A stretch of DNA of 64,000 nucleotides from Acidimicrobiia bacterium (GTDB lineage: Bacteria > Acidobacteriota > Vicinamibacteria > Vicinamibacterales > UBA2999). Below, one piece after another: positions 21,622 through 30,314 of this stretch (positions within the stretch are counted from its first letter, which is position 1; the number at the start of each line of letters is the position of its first letter). Where the stretch lies: contig JAYQOO010000006.1 of the NCBI GenBank assembly GCA_038144855.1, positions 9,597 to 73,596 on the forward strand, given 5' to 3'. Made by a program: the position numbers and the translations under genes. Below the pieces are notes generated by a model. That model ran no database searches and was not told the DNA's origin. It saw only the letters and a program-made list of their open reading frames with translations.

Positions 21622-23058
21622 ATGATGAAGAAGTCTTTGGCAGTGGCGTTTGCGGCACTCGCGGCCGCCGTCGTCTGGTCGGGCAGTTCAGTGAATGCGG
21701 AGCAGGCCGCCGCGAGCGCAGCGGCGCCGACGTTCACCAAGGATGTGGCGCCGATCTTCTTTGCGAACTGCACCAGTTGCCATCGGCCGGGCGACATCGC
21801 GCCGATGTCGCTGCTGACTTACAAGGACGCGCGCCCATGGGCGAAGTCCATTGCCAGCAAGGTTGCCGACGGCTCGATGCCGCCGTGGCACGCCGATCCG
21901 AAATACGGCTCGTTCTCAACCGCACGCAGCCTGACCGATGCGCAAAAGCAGACGATCACCAGGTGGGTTGCGGCCGGCGCTCCCGAAGGCAAGGCGAGTG
22001 ACCTGCCTGCGGCGCCGGTCTACACGGATGAATGGAACATCGGCACGCCGGACGCGGTGCTGTCGATGACCGAGGACTATCCGATTCCGGCGACTGGTGA
22101 GATTCCCTACCAGTACCTGATCGTGCCGGCGAACTTCGCCGAGGATCGCTTCATTACCGATTGGGAGATTCGTCCTGGCGATCGTCAGGCGGTGCATCAT
22201 TTGTTGCTCTACCTGTTGGCACCGAAGGAAATCGCCGAAGCGCAGGCGAAGCAGCGGCAGCAGGCGATGCTCGGACGGATGTTCGGTCCGGCACCTGCCG
22301 CCGGCACTCCGCGACCGGTCGCACCGTTTGAGTTTGCGTGCTGCGTGCAGATTCCCAACGGCGAAGAAGGCGGTCGTCCGCTGCCGCCGGAACTGCGCCA
22401 GGATCCGGGTCCCAACTACCGCGCGCGCCCGGTGGGTATGGCGCAGGGCATGGGCGGCTTCTCGCCCGGTGGATCGGTCCGCCATTTCCCCGAGGGTATG
22501 GGCATGCGCATTCCTAAGGGCTATTCGCTCGTGTTCCAGATGCACTACACGGCCTACGGGAAGGCCAGCACCGATCGCTCGAAGATCGGCTTGAAGTTTG
22601 CGAAGACGCCGCCCAAGACGATCCTCAACACCCTTGCGTTGATCAATGCGTCGCTGTCGATTCCGCCGGGGGCGACCAATCATCTGGTCGAGAACACGAT
22701 GACGTTCAACCGCGACACGATGATTTACAGCCTGATCCCGCACACCCACGTGCGCGGTACTGGCTGGCACTACGAGGCCACCTACCCGGACGGCCGCAAG
22801 GAAGTGATCCTCTCGGTGCCGAAGTACGATTTCAACTGGCAGCACGAATACGTCTTCTCACAGCCGTGGAAGGTTCCGGCCGGCACCAAGCTCCTCGCCA
22901 AGGCGTGGTACGACAACTCGGCGAAGAACAAGTCGAATCCTGATCCGACCAAGACGGTGACGTGGGGCGACCAGACGTGGGAGGAGATGATGTACACGTC
23001 CATCACCTACGCTTTCGCTCCGGCGCCGACCGCCACCCCCGCGCGCCAGCAACAGTAG
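21622..23058 (+). CDS. Secreted heme-c-like (CxxCH) plus PHM/DBH-like copper monooxygenase domain protein, paralog 1
   Basis: Signal peptide; FTKDVAPIFFANCTSCHRPGDIAPMSLLTY ... GSMPPWHADP. This is followed by the copper-ligand pattern VHHLL, FQMHYT, PHTHVRG, WEEMMY (HH..H..HxH..M). Confidence 0.7.
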   Translation: MMKKSLAVAFAALAAAVVWSGSSVNAEQAAASAAAPTFTKDVAPIFFANCTSCHRPGDIAPMSLLTYKDARPWAKSIASKVADGSMPPWHADPKYGSFSTARSLTDAQKQTITRWVAAGAPEGKASDLPAAPVYTDEWNIGTPDAVLSMTEDYPIPATGEIPYQYLIVPANFAEDRFITDWEIRPGDRQAVHHLLLYLLAPKEIAEAQAKQRQQAMLGRMFGPAPAAGTPRPVAPFEFACCVQIPNGEEGGRPLPPELRQDPGPNYRARPVGMAQGMGGFSPGGSVRHFPEGMGMRIPKGYSLVFQMHYTAYGKASTDRSKIGLKFAKTPPKTILNTLALINASLSIPPGATNHLVENTMTFNRDTMIYSLIPHTHVRGTGWHYEATYPDGRKEVILSVPKYDFNWQHEYVFSQPWKVPAGTKLLAKAWYDNSAKNKSNPDPTKTVTWGDQTWEEMMYTSITYAFAPAPTATPARQQQ

Positions 23059-23075
23059 TGCACGCCGGGCCCTGG

Positions 23076-23108
23076 CTGACGCGGCGGCGGAACCGTTCGC
23101 CGCGTCAG
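23076..23108. terminator. Perfect 11-bp hairpin between convergent genes
   Basis: CTGACGCGGCG, an 11-nt loop, then CGCCGCGTCAG. It overlaps the TGA stop of the minus-strand esterase gene. Confidence 0.5.
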
Positions 23109-23707
23109 CGCAAGCCTTCGAAGTAACTGAACATCGCGCCCCAGGCGTCGGCGTTCTTGGCGAGCCCGCCATGTGCGCCGGTTGGATCCTCGTAGAGGCG
23201 CTCGACGTATCCGCCGTAGCTCGTGATCCAGGTGCGTGCCATCCGCATTCCGTCGCACATCGGCCAGCCCTGCACGGAGTCCAGGGCGCCGCAGTACATC
23301 CAGAATTTGGCGCTGTTGTAGGCGGTGGTCTCACTGCGCGCCGCGATGTCTTCCATGACCGGCACCATCGGTCCGCCCGGCGACCACGAGCCTGAGTTGT
23401 TGCCGGTGGCCTTGAACATCCGCCGATCCTTCAGGTCGCGATAGGTGACCGGAAAGCTCTCCGCCGATCCCCGGGAGAAGCCGACCAGGAACATCGACGG
23501 CGAGCCATAGGCACATGACCGCGTGACGTCATCGATCATCGCCTTGATGTTCGCGTAGATCGTGCTGTCGTCATCGTGGACGCCGGTTGTGTCGTCCACA
23601 TACTTGAGGCCGATGTAGGCCCAGCCTCGAGCTGACAGGATGTCTTTCCAGTCGACCGACCATTCGGTTTCGGGTGCTCCGCCGGTGCCATGCAGCCCAA
23701 TCAGCAC
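23105..23707 (-). CDS. Alpha/beta-hydrolase (esterase/depolymerase-like), downstream part of a TAG-interrupted gene
   Basis: Begins inside the oxyanion-hole segment (V)LIGLHGTGG and carries the nucleophile elbow GFSRGS. Same frame as 23729..24037. Confidence 0.65.
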   Translation of the reverse strand: MLIGLHGTGGAPETEWSVDWKDILSARGWAYIGLKYVDDTTGVHDDDSTIYANIKAMIDDVTRSCAYGSPSMFLVGFSRGSAESFPVTYRDLKDRRMFKATGNNSGSWSPGGPMVPVMEDIAARSETTAYNSAKFWMYCGALDSVQGWPMCDGMRMARTWITSYGGYVERLYEDPTGAHGGLAKNADAWGAMFSYFEGLR

Positions 23708-23728
23708 GCGACGGGTCGTAGACGACGC

Positions 23729-24037
23729 CTAGCTCGACGGAAACCACATCGCAAAGTAGCGGCTGTTCACGGCGCGGACGCCGCCGCCGGCGGCATAGAG
23801 CGATTCTCGCTGCGTCTGCACCTCGCCGCGGCCGGCCGGCACGCCGGTTGCGCGTTGAGTGGCCGCCCACGTGGCGCACGCGGTCTGCGTCACCGTCGTT
23901 GCCACGCTTGTGCTTGCCGTAGTGGTGGCCGGGGAGGGAGAAGTCGGCCCGCTGCTGCCGCATGCGGCCGCCCCCAGGATGGCGGCCAGACCGGCACCGA
24001 TCCGGCACGCGCGTCGCAACCCAGGGAGCATCGACAT
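23729..24037 (-). CDS. Lipoprotein-signal N-terminal part of the esterase, ending at in-frame TAG (23731..23729)
   Basis: MSMLPGLRRACRIGAGLAAILGAAAC is lipobox-like. It ends ...RYFAMWFPSS, which runs through the TAG into ASSTTRRVLIGLHG. Confidence 0.6.
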   Translation of the reverse strand: MSMLPGLRRACRIGAGLAAILGAAACGSSGPTSPSPATTTASTSVATTVTQTACATWAATQRATGVPAGRGEVQTQRESLYAAGGGVRAVNSRYFAMWFPSS

Positions 24038-24068
24038 GCTCAGTCAGACCATCCTCGCAGCAGGAAGT

Positions 24069-25439
24069 TTAACGGTCGCGACGCCGGATGGGCGACGCCA
24101 GCAGGACGCCGACGCAGAAGGCGAGGGTGGCTACCGCCGCGGCATTCAGCCACCCAAACATGGCGGGCACCTTCCAATGCGGTTGTTGCCTGGCGGCGAA
24201 CCGTTCCAGGTCATCGCGCTCGGTGGCGCGAATCAGGTCGAACGGCTGGAGGCCGTTCAACTCCGGAAACAGCAGGCTCGACGCATTGGTCAGGTTCAGC
24301 GCGCCGTCCCGCTCCAGCGTGATGGCGCCTTCGCGCACCTTTGGCGTGAAGTACTCGTTGTCGTAACCAAACAGCGGTTCGTAGACGAGTTGACTGCTGG
24401 CGTTCTCGGCGATGGCCCGGTCGTCGGTGATGAGGTCGTTGCGGAGGACCGGGAATGTCTCGCCGGCGCGGATGCGCTCGTGGACGCGCACCGAAGCCGA
24501 TACGTCAAAGGTGCGGCGATGCACGTAGTCCGGCAGGGTGAGATAGAAGAGCGGTGCGGCGACCGCGATCGCAACGGCGAGGTTGACCAGCGATCGCCGT
24601 GCCGTGCGTTGCCAGCGATCGAAGAGTAACGCGGCCGCGATGGTCAGCGGCAGGATCAGCACCGCCGCGACGCGATGGTTGACGTGCATCGAGCGAAGAA
24701 CCGGCAGCGACTTCAGCCAGGGATACAGCACGCCCTTTGCGAGCGTGGTCTCGATCGTGATCCAGGTCATGAGCGCAAGGCCGGCGATCGCGACGGCCAT
24801 CGCCGGCGAGGGCCGCTGCAGCCCATGTCTCCACAGCCGCACGCCGCCCAGAACCGCGCCTGAGACCAGCGTCAGCGTCACGACTGGTGACAACGCCGTG
24901 TCGATTTCCCAGAGATGAACGCCGGCGCCTGTCGCCCAGATAAGCGCGTCGTCGAGTCGCTGCGGGAGATAGCCGCCAGCGACCAGGATCGGAAGGATGG
25001 TCAGGCCGCCGGCAAGCTGCGAGCCGAGGCCAAACAGCGCATGGCCGAATCCGATCGGGTAGCTGTCAAACAGTTCGCGAGGAAAGCGGCCCATCAACGC
25101 CTGGACCGCGACGATCTTCGAGGCGCACAGACCGATCGTCAGCGGCAGCGCGCGCGCAAGGATGCCGACGAGCGACGCCCAATTGATTGCGGGGCGTCCC
25201 GCGACCTGCAGCACCTGGAGCGCCAGCACGAGCGTGCCGCTGCACAGCACGAGGATCAGGGCCCCGCCTTGATGCAGCATCAACGCCGCGCAGAGCGCGA
25301 TGACGCAGGCATTCTCGATCGGTCGTCCTTGCGGGCGGGTCAGCGCATGGAGCATGGTCGACACCAGCGGGAACAGCAGGAAGCCGACGTGACCGACGAT
25401 GGCATGTTCGATGGAGAAGCCGTTGGCGGCGAGCCCCAC
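24069..25439 (-). CDS. Polytopic membrane protein, downstream part of a TAG-interrupted gene
   Basis: 456-aa ORF with at least 9 hydrophobic helices, then a soluble domain and a final TM helix. Same frame as 25479..25814. Function unknown; a large membrane glycosyltransferase or polymerase is only a guess. Confidence 0.6.
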   Translation of the reverse strand: MGLAANGFSIEHAIVGHVGFLLFPLVSTMLHALTRPQGRPIENACVIALCAALMLHQGGALILVLCSGTLVLALQVLQVAGRPAINWASLVGILARALPLTIGLCASKIVAVQALMGRFPRELFDSYPIGFGHALFGLGSQLAGGLTILPILVAGGYLPQRLDDALIWATGAGVHLWEIDTALSPVVTLTLVSGAVLGGVRLWRHGLQRPSPAMAVAIAGLALMTWITIETTLAKGVLYPWLKSLPVLRSMHVNHRVAAVLILPLTIAAALLFDRWQRTARRSLVNLAVAIAVAAPLFYLTLPDYVHRRTFDVSASVRVHERIRAGETFPVLRNDLITDDRAIAENASSQLVYEPLFGYDNEYFTPKVREGAITLERDGALNLTNASSLLFPELNGLQPFDLIRATERDDLERFAARQQPHWKVPAMFGWLNAAAVATLAFCVGVLLASPIRRRDR

Positions 25440-25478
25440 GGCGCCAATGATGCTGGCCGAGGGCGCAAGCCCCAGGGT

Positions 25479-25814
25479 CTATGACAGCAACAAGTACATG
25501 GACCAGTAGCCCACGCCGGTGGCGATGGCGATCGTGGCCGCGACCGCAAACCACGGAGTGGTCGCAAACAGCAGCGCCTGGAGCGGCGAATACTGCATGT
25601 GCTGCGGGTTGGCGAAGGCAGGCAGGCCGCCACAGAAACTCGGCGTGTACCACTGAACGCCGAGGCCGTTCAGCCGCAGATGCAGGTCGGTGTCGAGGAG
25701 GCGAGGCACGAAGTACGCGAAATCGTGCCCCACGAGCGGATAGTCACGCCCCACGATCAGCAACAGGATGCCGACCGTGGCGGCGCAGCAGATGAGCGGG
25801 AACGCCCTCGTCAA
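25479..25814 (-). CDS. N-terminal part of the polytopic membrane protein, ending at in-frame TAG (25481..25479)
   Basis: 111 aa with 3 TM helices. TTG start 11 nt after the amidohydrolase stop. The 13 codons after the TAG (TLGLAPSASIIGA) remain hydrophobic and coding-like. Confidence 0.55.
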   Translation of the reverse strand: MTRAFPLICCAATVGILLLIVGRDYPLVGHDFAYFVPRLLDTDLHLRLNGLGVQWYTPSFCGGLPAFANPQHMQYSPLQALLFATTPWFAVAATIAIATGVGYWSMYLLLS

Positions 25815-25825
25815 TCTCGCGGCGG

Positions 25826-27028
25826 CTATTGCGGCCAGCCGGTTTGCGGCAGGCCCTTGAAGACCTTCAGCGCCGTCTTGTAATACACGCTCTTGAGCAC
25901 CTCATCCGACAACCCCATGCCGTACATCTTCCACGTGGCGTGGTAGTCGCGGTAGTAGTCGAAGTACTCGTCGTTGGTCTCGAACACGCGCCAGTAGTAG
26001 GGATATTCCTCGGGCTGGAACGAATCCTTGCCGAACATGATGCGGTCCTTGTACTTCGTGAAGAACTCGCGCGCGGCGCGGGGCTGGCGGCCGAGGTCGT
26101 AGAGAATGGCGCCGGCCTCGATCGTCACGTTCGGGAACTCATCGAGCATCTTCGCGGCGCGCGCCAGGTCGTTGGCGTGCCAGCCGAAGTGGGCGGCGAC
26201 AAAGCGCGTCTTCGGATGCTTGCGGAACACGTTGTTGCGCTCCGTCATCAACTGTTCGAACGTCACCTGGCCAGGCTGGTTGTTGCGCCGATCCGGGAAC
26301 AGCGACAGCTCGAGCCAGCGTTCGTTCTTGTAGTCGAGCGGCTGGAAGAACTCCTGCGGCTCGGCGGTGTGAATGAAGGCCGGCACGTCGAGGCGCGCAA
26401 ACGCCGCCCACAGCGGATCCAGTTCTGGATCGTCGATCTTCAACCGTGAGCCGTCGGGCTTGGTGGTGCGGAGCCCGAACGACTTCGGCACTTCGCCGAC
26501 GCCGATGGCGCCGGCCTTGACGTCGGCTTCGAGTTGCTGCGCCGCCTTCTGGCCCCAGCCCGGCCCGACGTTGCGTAAATCGATCCCGGCGAGCACGCGG
26601 AAGCGTTCCTTGTGCGGCGAGGCATTCAACGCTTCGAGCGTGCGGGTGAGGCGCTCGCCCGAGACGTTCTCGGCGACGAGCATGACCTTGAGGTTCAGCG
26701 AGTCCATGATGCCGATCACGCGGTTGATCTGCTCAGGCGTGGTCAAGGCGCCGGGATGCCCGTGGACGTCGACCGCCGGGAACTTCGCCTTCGGCACCTT
26801 GTGCTCGGCGGTCACCAGCGTGCCGCGCGGGCGGTAATCCAGGATGCTTGGCGCGGGCTCCGACGGCGCCTGGCAATTGCCCGGGCGCACTTCCGTCGTG
26901 CCCGGCGGGCATTCCTGTCCCGGATTGATTCGAGTCCCGCCGCTCATGCCTTGCGCCGCGAGCCCGGCGCCGACGAGGCCACTGAAGATGACGATAAGGG
27001 GCGTTCGTGAAAGTCGCATTGACAACAT
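25826..27028 (-). CDS. Amidohydrolase-family metal-dependent hydrolase, membrane-anchored or secreted
   Basis: Start set at ATG 27028 (MLSMRLSRTPLIVIFSGLVGAGLAAQG). Motifs FPAVDVHGHPG (HxH) and AAHFGWHAND. The upstream part of the ORF is Arg/Ser-rich and antisense to the CoA-transferase gene. Confidence 0.75.
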   Translation of the reverse strand: MLSMRLSRTPLIVIFSGLVGAGLAAQGMSGGTRINPGQECPPGTTEVRPGNCQAPSEPAPSILDYRPRGTLVTAEHKVPKAKFPAVDVHGHPGALTTPEQINRVIGIMDSLNLKVMLVAENVSGERLTRTLEALNASPHKERFRVLAGIDLRNVGPGWGQKAAQQLEADVKAGAIGVGEVPKSFGLRTTKPDGSRLKIDDPELDPLWAAFARLDVPAFIHTAEPQEFFQPLDYKNERWLELSLFPDRRNNQPGQVTFEQLMTERNNVFRKHPKTRFVAAHFGWHANDLARAAKMLDEFPNVTIEAGAILYDLGRQPRAAREFFTKYKDRIMFGKDSFQPEEYPYYWRVFETNDEYFDYYRDYHATWKMYGMGLSDEVLKSVYYKTALKVFKGLPQTGWPQ

Positions 27029-27080
27029 TATGAACCGTCCGCCGAACGTACGTCGAACGTGGCCGGACGCCCGGGGGTGG

Positions 27081-28271
27081 TTACCCGACGGCTCCCGTCG
27101 AGCGCAGTTGTTCGATCTCGTTATCGCTGTAGCCCACCCACTGCAGGACTTCGTCGGTGTGTTCCCCGAGCATGGGGCTGCGCCGCTTCGGATTGAGAGG
27201 CGTCTCCGACATCTTGATCGGGGTGCCAAGCGTGCGCAGGGCGCCGAGGGTTGGGTGGTCGACCTCGACAGTCATGTCGCGCGCCGTCGCCTGCGGCGTC
27301 GCCAGGGCATCGTGGTAATCGAGAATCGGACCGCAGGGAATACCGGCGGATTCGAGTTCGGCGATCCAGTGGGCGCGCGGCTGCTCGACGGTGACGGCCT
27401 CGATCAGCGCCGCCAGTTGATCACGGTGCGCGACCCGTTGGTGGTCGGCGGAGAACCGTGGGTCGACAAGCCATTCGTGGTGACCGAGCAGGCGCGCCAG
27501 TTTCATGAAGTTGCGATCGTTCGCCGCGCCGATCGTGATGTAGCCGTCGGCGCACTTGAACGCCTGGTAGGGCGCCGTCATGCGATGCGCGGATCCCAGC
27601 GGGCCCGGCACCTGTCCCGACGAGAAGTACTCGGTGACTTCCCATACCGACAGCGCGAGGCCGGCGTCGACCAGCGAGGTGTCGATCTGTTGCCCCGTCC
27701 CCGTGATGTCACGATGCCGCAGCGCCGCGAGGATGCCGATCAGTGCAAACAGCCCTGCGCCCAGGTCCGTCAGCGGGACGCCAGCCTTGACCGGTGCCTC
27801 ATTCGGGCGGCCGGTCACCGACATCACGCCGGACAACCCTTGCGCGATCAGGTCGAAACCACCTTTCGAAGCCCATGGCCCGGTCTGGCCGTGACCTGAG
27901 ATCGATCCGTAGATCAGCCGTGGGTTCTCCGCGCGCAAGGAGGCATAGTCGAGCCCGAGCCGCGTCATCACGCCCGGCCGGTAGTTTTCGACCAGGATGT
28001 CCGACGAGCGAGCCAGGCGCCGGAACACATCGCGGCCGCTCTCGGTGTTAAGATCGAGGACAATGCCTTGCTTGCCGCGATTAACGGCGTTGTAGGCGGG
28101 ACTGTCGTTGCCGCGCGCGCCGGCCATGCTGCGCGTCGAATCACCGGCCGGCGGCTCGACTTTGATGACGCGCGCGCCCATGTCCGCCAGTAACATCGCG
28201 CAATAGGGCCCGGCCATGACCTGGGTCGCATCGAGAACGACTATGCCATCCAGTAACGTCAGCTTTGACAT
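27081..28271 (-). CDS. Family III CoA-transferase (CaiB/BaiF)
   Basis: Start at ATG 28271. MSKLTLLDGIVVLDATQVMAGPYCAMLLADMGARVIKVEPP is the classic family N-terminus. Confidence 0.85.
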   Translation of the reverse strand: MSKLTLLDGIVVLDATQVMAGPYCAMLLADMGARVIKVEPPAGDSTRSMAGARGNDSPAYNAVNRGKQGIVLDLNTESGRDVFRRLARSSDILVENYRPGVMTRLGLDYASLRAENPRLIYGSISGHGQTGPWASKGGFDLIAQGLSGVMSVTGRPNEAPVKAGVPLTDLGAGLFALIGILAALRHRDITGTGQQIDTSLVDAGLALSVWEVTEYFSSGQVPGPLGSAHRMTAPYQAFKCADGYITIGAANDRNFMKLARLLGHHEWLVDPRFSADHQRVAHRDQLAALIEAVTVEQPRAHWIAELESAGIPCGPILDYHDALATPQATARDMTVEVDHPTLGALRTLGTPIKMSETPLNPKRRSPMLGEHTDEVLQWVGYSDNEIEQLRSTGAVG

Positions 28272-29019
28272 CAACGGTTCCGTCGCGATTGTTTCCCTGC
28301 AACGCCCCGAAGCGCGCAACGCGCTCACCTGGGAGATGTACGACGCCGTGGTCGAGGCCTGCGACAAGGCCGAGGCCAATCCAGGCGTGCGCGTGCTCAT
28401 CATACGCGGATCGGGCGGCGCCTTCGCGGCGGGAACCGACATCCAGCAGTTCAAGGACTTTGCCGACGGCCAGGCCGGCATCGACTACGAACGCCGCCTC
28501 GACGCGGTAATCGATCGCATCGAGCGCGTCTCGATTGCGACCATTGCGGAAGTCGATGGTGTCGCCGCCGGCGGCGGCTGTGCGATCGCGATGGCGTGCG
28601 ACCTGCGCATCTGTTCCGATCGCGCGCGCTTCGGCGTGCCGGTGTCACGCACGCTTGGCAATTGCCTGTCGATGGCCAACACGGCGCGCATGGTTGATCT
28701 GATCGGACCCGCGCTGACGCGCGAGCTGTTGCTCACGGGTCGGTTGGTTGATGCGAACGAAGCGCTTGCCGGAGGGCTCGCGACCGTCGTGGTGCCGGCC
28801 AGCGATGTTCAGCAGGAGACCGCAAAGGTCGCGGCTGAACTGTCGACGCGTGCGCGCAGCACGATCGCCGCAACGAAGGCGATGATGATCCGGTTGCGCG
28901 ACCATCGGCGACCGCCAGCCGGACTCGCCGATGACATCATCAGCGCGTGCTATGGATCAGAGGAGTTCCGCGAAGACGTCCGCGCGTTTCTTGGCGGACG
29001 GCGACCGGAATGGAAGTAA
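28243..29019 (+). CDS. Enoyl-CoA hydratase/isomerase (crotonase) family
   Basis: Start at ATG 28243. Motifs GGAFAAGTDI and AEVDGVAAGGGCAIAMACDLRI. Confidence 0.85.
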   Translation: MPSSNVSFDINGSVAIVSLQRPEARNALTWEMYDAVVEACDKAEANPGVRVLIIRGSGGAFAAGTDIQQFKDFADGQAGIDYERRLDAVIDRIERVSIATIAEVDGVAAGGGCAIAMACDLRICSDRARFGVPVSRTLGNCLSMANTARMVDLIGPALTRELLLTGRLVDANEALAGGLATVVVPASDVQQETAKVAAELSTRARSTIAATKAMMIRLRDHRRPPAGLADDIISACYGSEEFREDVRAFLGGRRPEWK

Positions 29020-29020
29020 C

Positions 29021-29034
29021 GGCTACCGGCTACC
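29021..29034. repeat. Two tandem GGCTACC heptamers at a convergent gene junction
   Basis: ggctacc ggctacc lies directly after the TAA stop (29017-29019) of the + gene. It contains the TAG stop (29032..29030) of the - gene. Confidence 0.4.
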
Positions 29035-30304
29035 GAAACAACACCCAGCAGATCACGGCGCCGACCAGCATCATCGACAGACCCCACCATAGCAGCTGAT
29101 TGAACAGCTTCTTGGCGTCGGCTTCGTTGTGCAGCGCCGCGATGCAAAGCGCGCCGATGGTTGACAGCGGCGACAGGTCGACGAGGTGACCGCCGACATA
29201 CATCGAGGCCGCAATCGCCAGCGGATCGACGGCCATCCGCTCGGCCAGTCCAGGCACCGTCGGCAGGAATGCCGGTAAGACCACACCAGACGTGCTGCTA
29301 TAGACCGAGACCGCGCCGGTGACGAACGCGATCATGAACGTGACGGAGCCAGGTGTGGCGATTTTCGCGAGCAGGTCGGTGAACAACTCCATCCCGCGCT
29401 GCGCCGACAACACGCCGATCAGCACCGTGACGCCGCACACCATCAAGATGACGCTCCACGGCATCTTCTTGATCGCGTCCTTCTCGTCGGCGGCCTTCAG
29501 CAGCGAAAGAACGGTTGCACCGGTGAGGGCGGCAAGGCCGACATGCGCCTTGAACTCGATCACGGCGACGACCAGCGCGATGAGGACGCTGAGCGTCAAC
29601 CAGTGCTTGGCGGCGAACGGCTCGACGTCGACAATGTCCTGGTCGGCGCGCGCGCCGGCCTGATCCGATTGGGACATCGCTGGCGCCATCCGTGGCCGCG
29701 TGAACAGCTTCCAGCCGCCGAAGATGAAATAGGCGACAAAGGTGACCACCACGTGGGCCATCAGGTTGTTCAGGAACGTCCCGGTCTCGTGTCCGCCAAG
29801 ACCGATCTTCTCCATATTGGTGTTGACGATGATTCCGGTCGGCGCGAAGCGCGACAGCGCACCGGCCTGTGCGCCGTTGCCGACCATCAGCGCCATCAGG
29901 AATGGTGGAATGGCCGCGCGAGTGGCCACTGCCATCGCCATCGGCGCCATGATCGCCGTCGTCGCGATGTTGCCGGGCCCGATGCTCGACAGCGTCACCG
30001 CAATGGCGAATAGCATGATCGGGATCACGCCGGCATTACCGCGGCAGGCGCGGACCGCGCGGGCGGCGATCCGTCCGAGCGTGCCGTTGTTGTTGGCCAT
30101 GCCGAAGAGCAGCGTGACGCCGACCAGGTTGAGCAGCAGGTCGATCGGGAACGTGCCAATCACCTTGGCCAGCGGCATGCCGCCCAGGTAGACACCGACG
30201 ATCCACGCCATCGCCAGCGACACGACGCCGACGTTCATGCTCGTGACCATGCTCAGCGTGATCGCCACGATCAACGCCGCCAGGGATACCCAGGCCAGAT
30301 CCAT
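29030..30304 (-). CDS. Anion permease (ArsB/NhaD / SLC13-DASS-like)
   Basis: Start at ATG 30304 (MDLAWVSLAALIVAITL). About 424 aa with many TM helices and duplicated permease halves. Confidence 0.65.
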   Translation of the reverse strand: MDLAWVSLAALIVAITLSMVTSMNVGVVSLAMAWIVGVYLGGMPLAKVIGTFPIDLLLNLVGVTLLFGMANNNGTLGRIAARAVRACRGNAGVIPIMLFAIAVTLSSIGPGNIATTAIMAPMAMAVATRAAIPPFLMALMVGNGAQAGALSRFAPTGIIVNTNMEKIGLGGHETGTFLNNLMAHVVVTFVAYFIFGGWKLFTRPRMAPAMSQSDQAGARADQDIVDVEPFAAKHWLTLSVLIALVVAVIEFKAHVGLAALTGATVLSLLKAADEKDAIKKMPWSVILMVCGVTVLIGVLSAQRGMELFTDLLAKIATPGSVTFMIAFVTGAVSVYSSTSGVVLPAFLPTVPGLAERMAVDPLAIAASMYVGGHLVDLSPLSTIGALCIAALHNEADAKKLFNQLLWWGLSMMLVGAVICWVLFR

Positions 30305-30314
30305 CAGCACTCCC

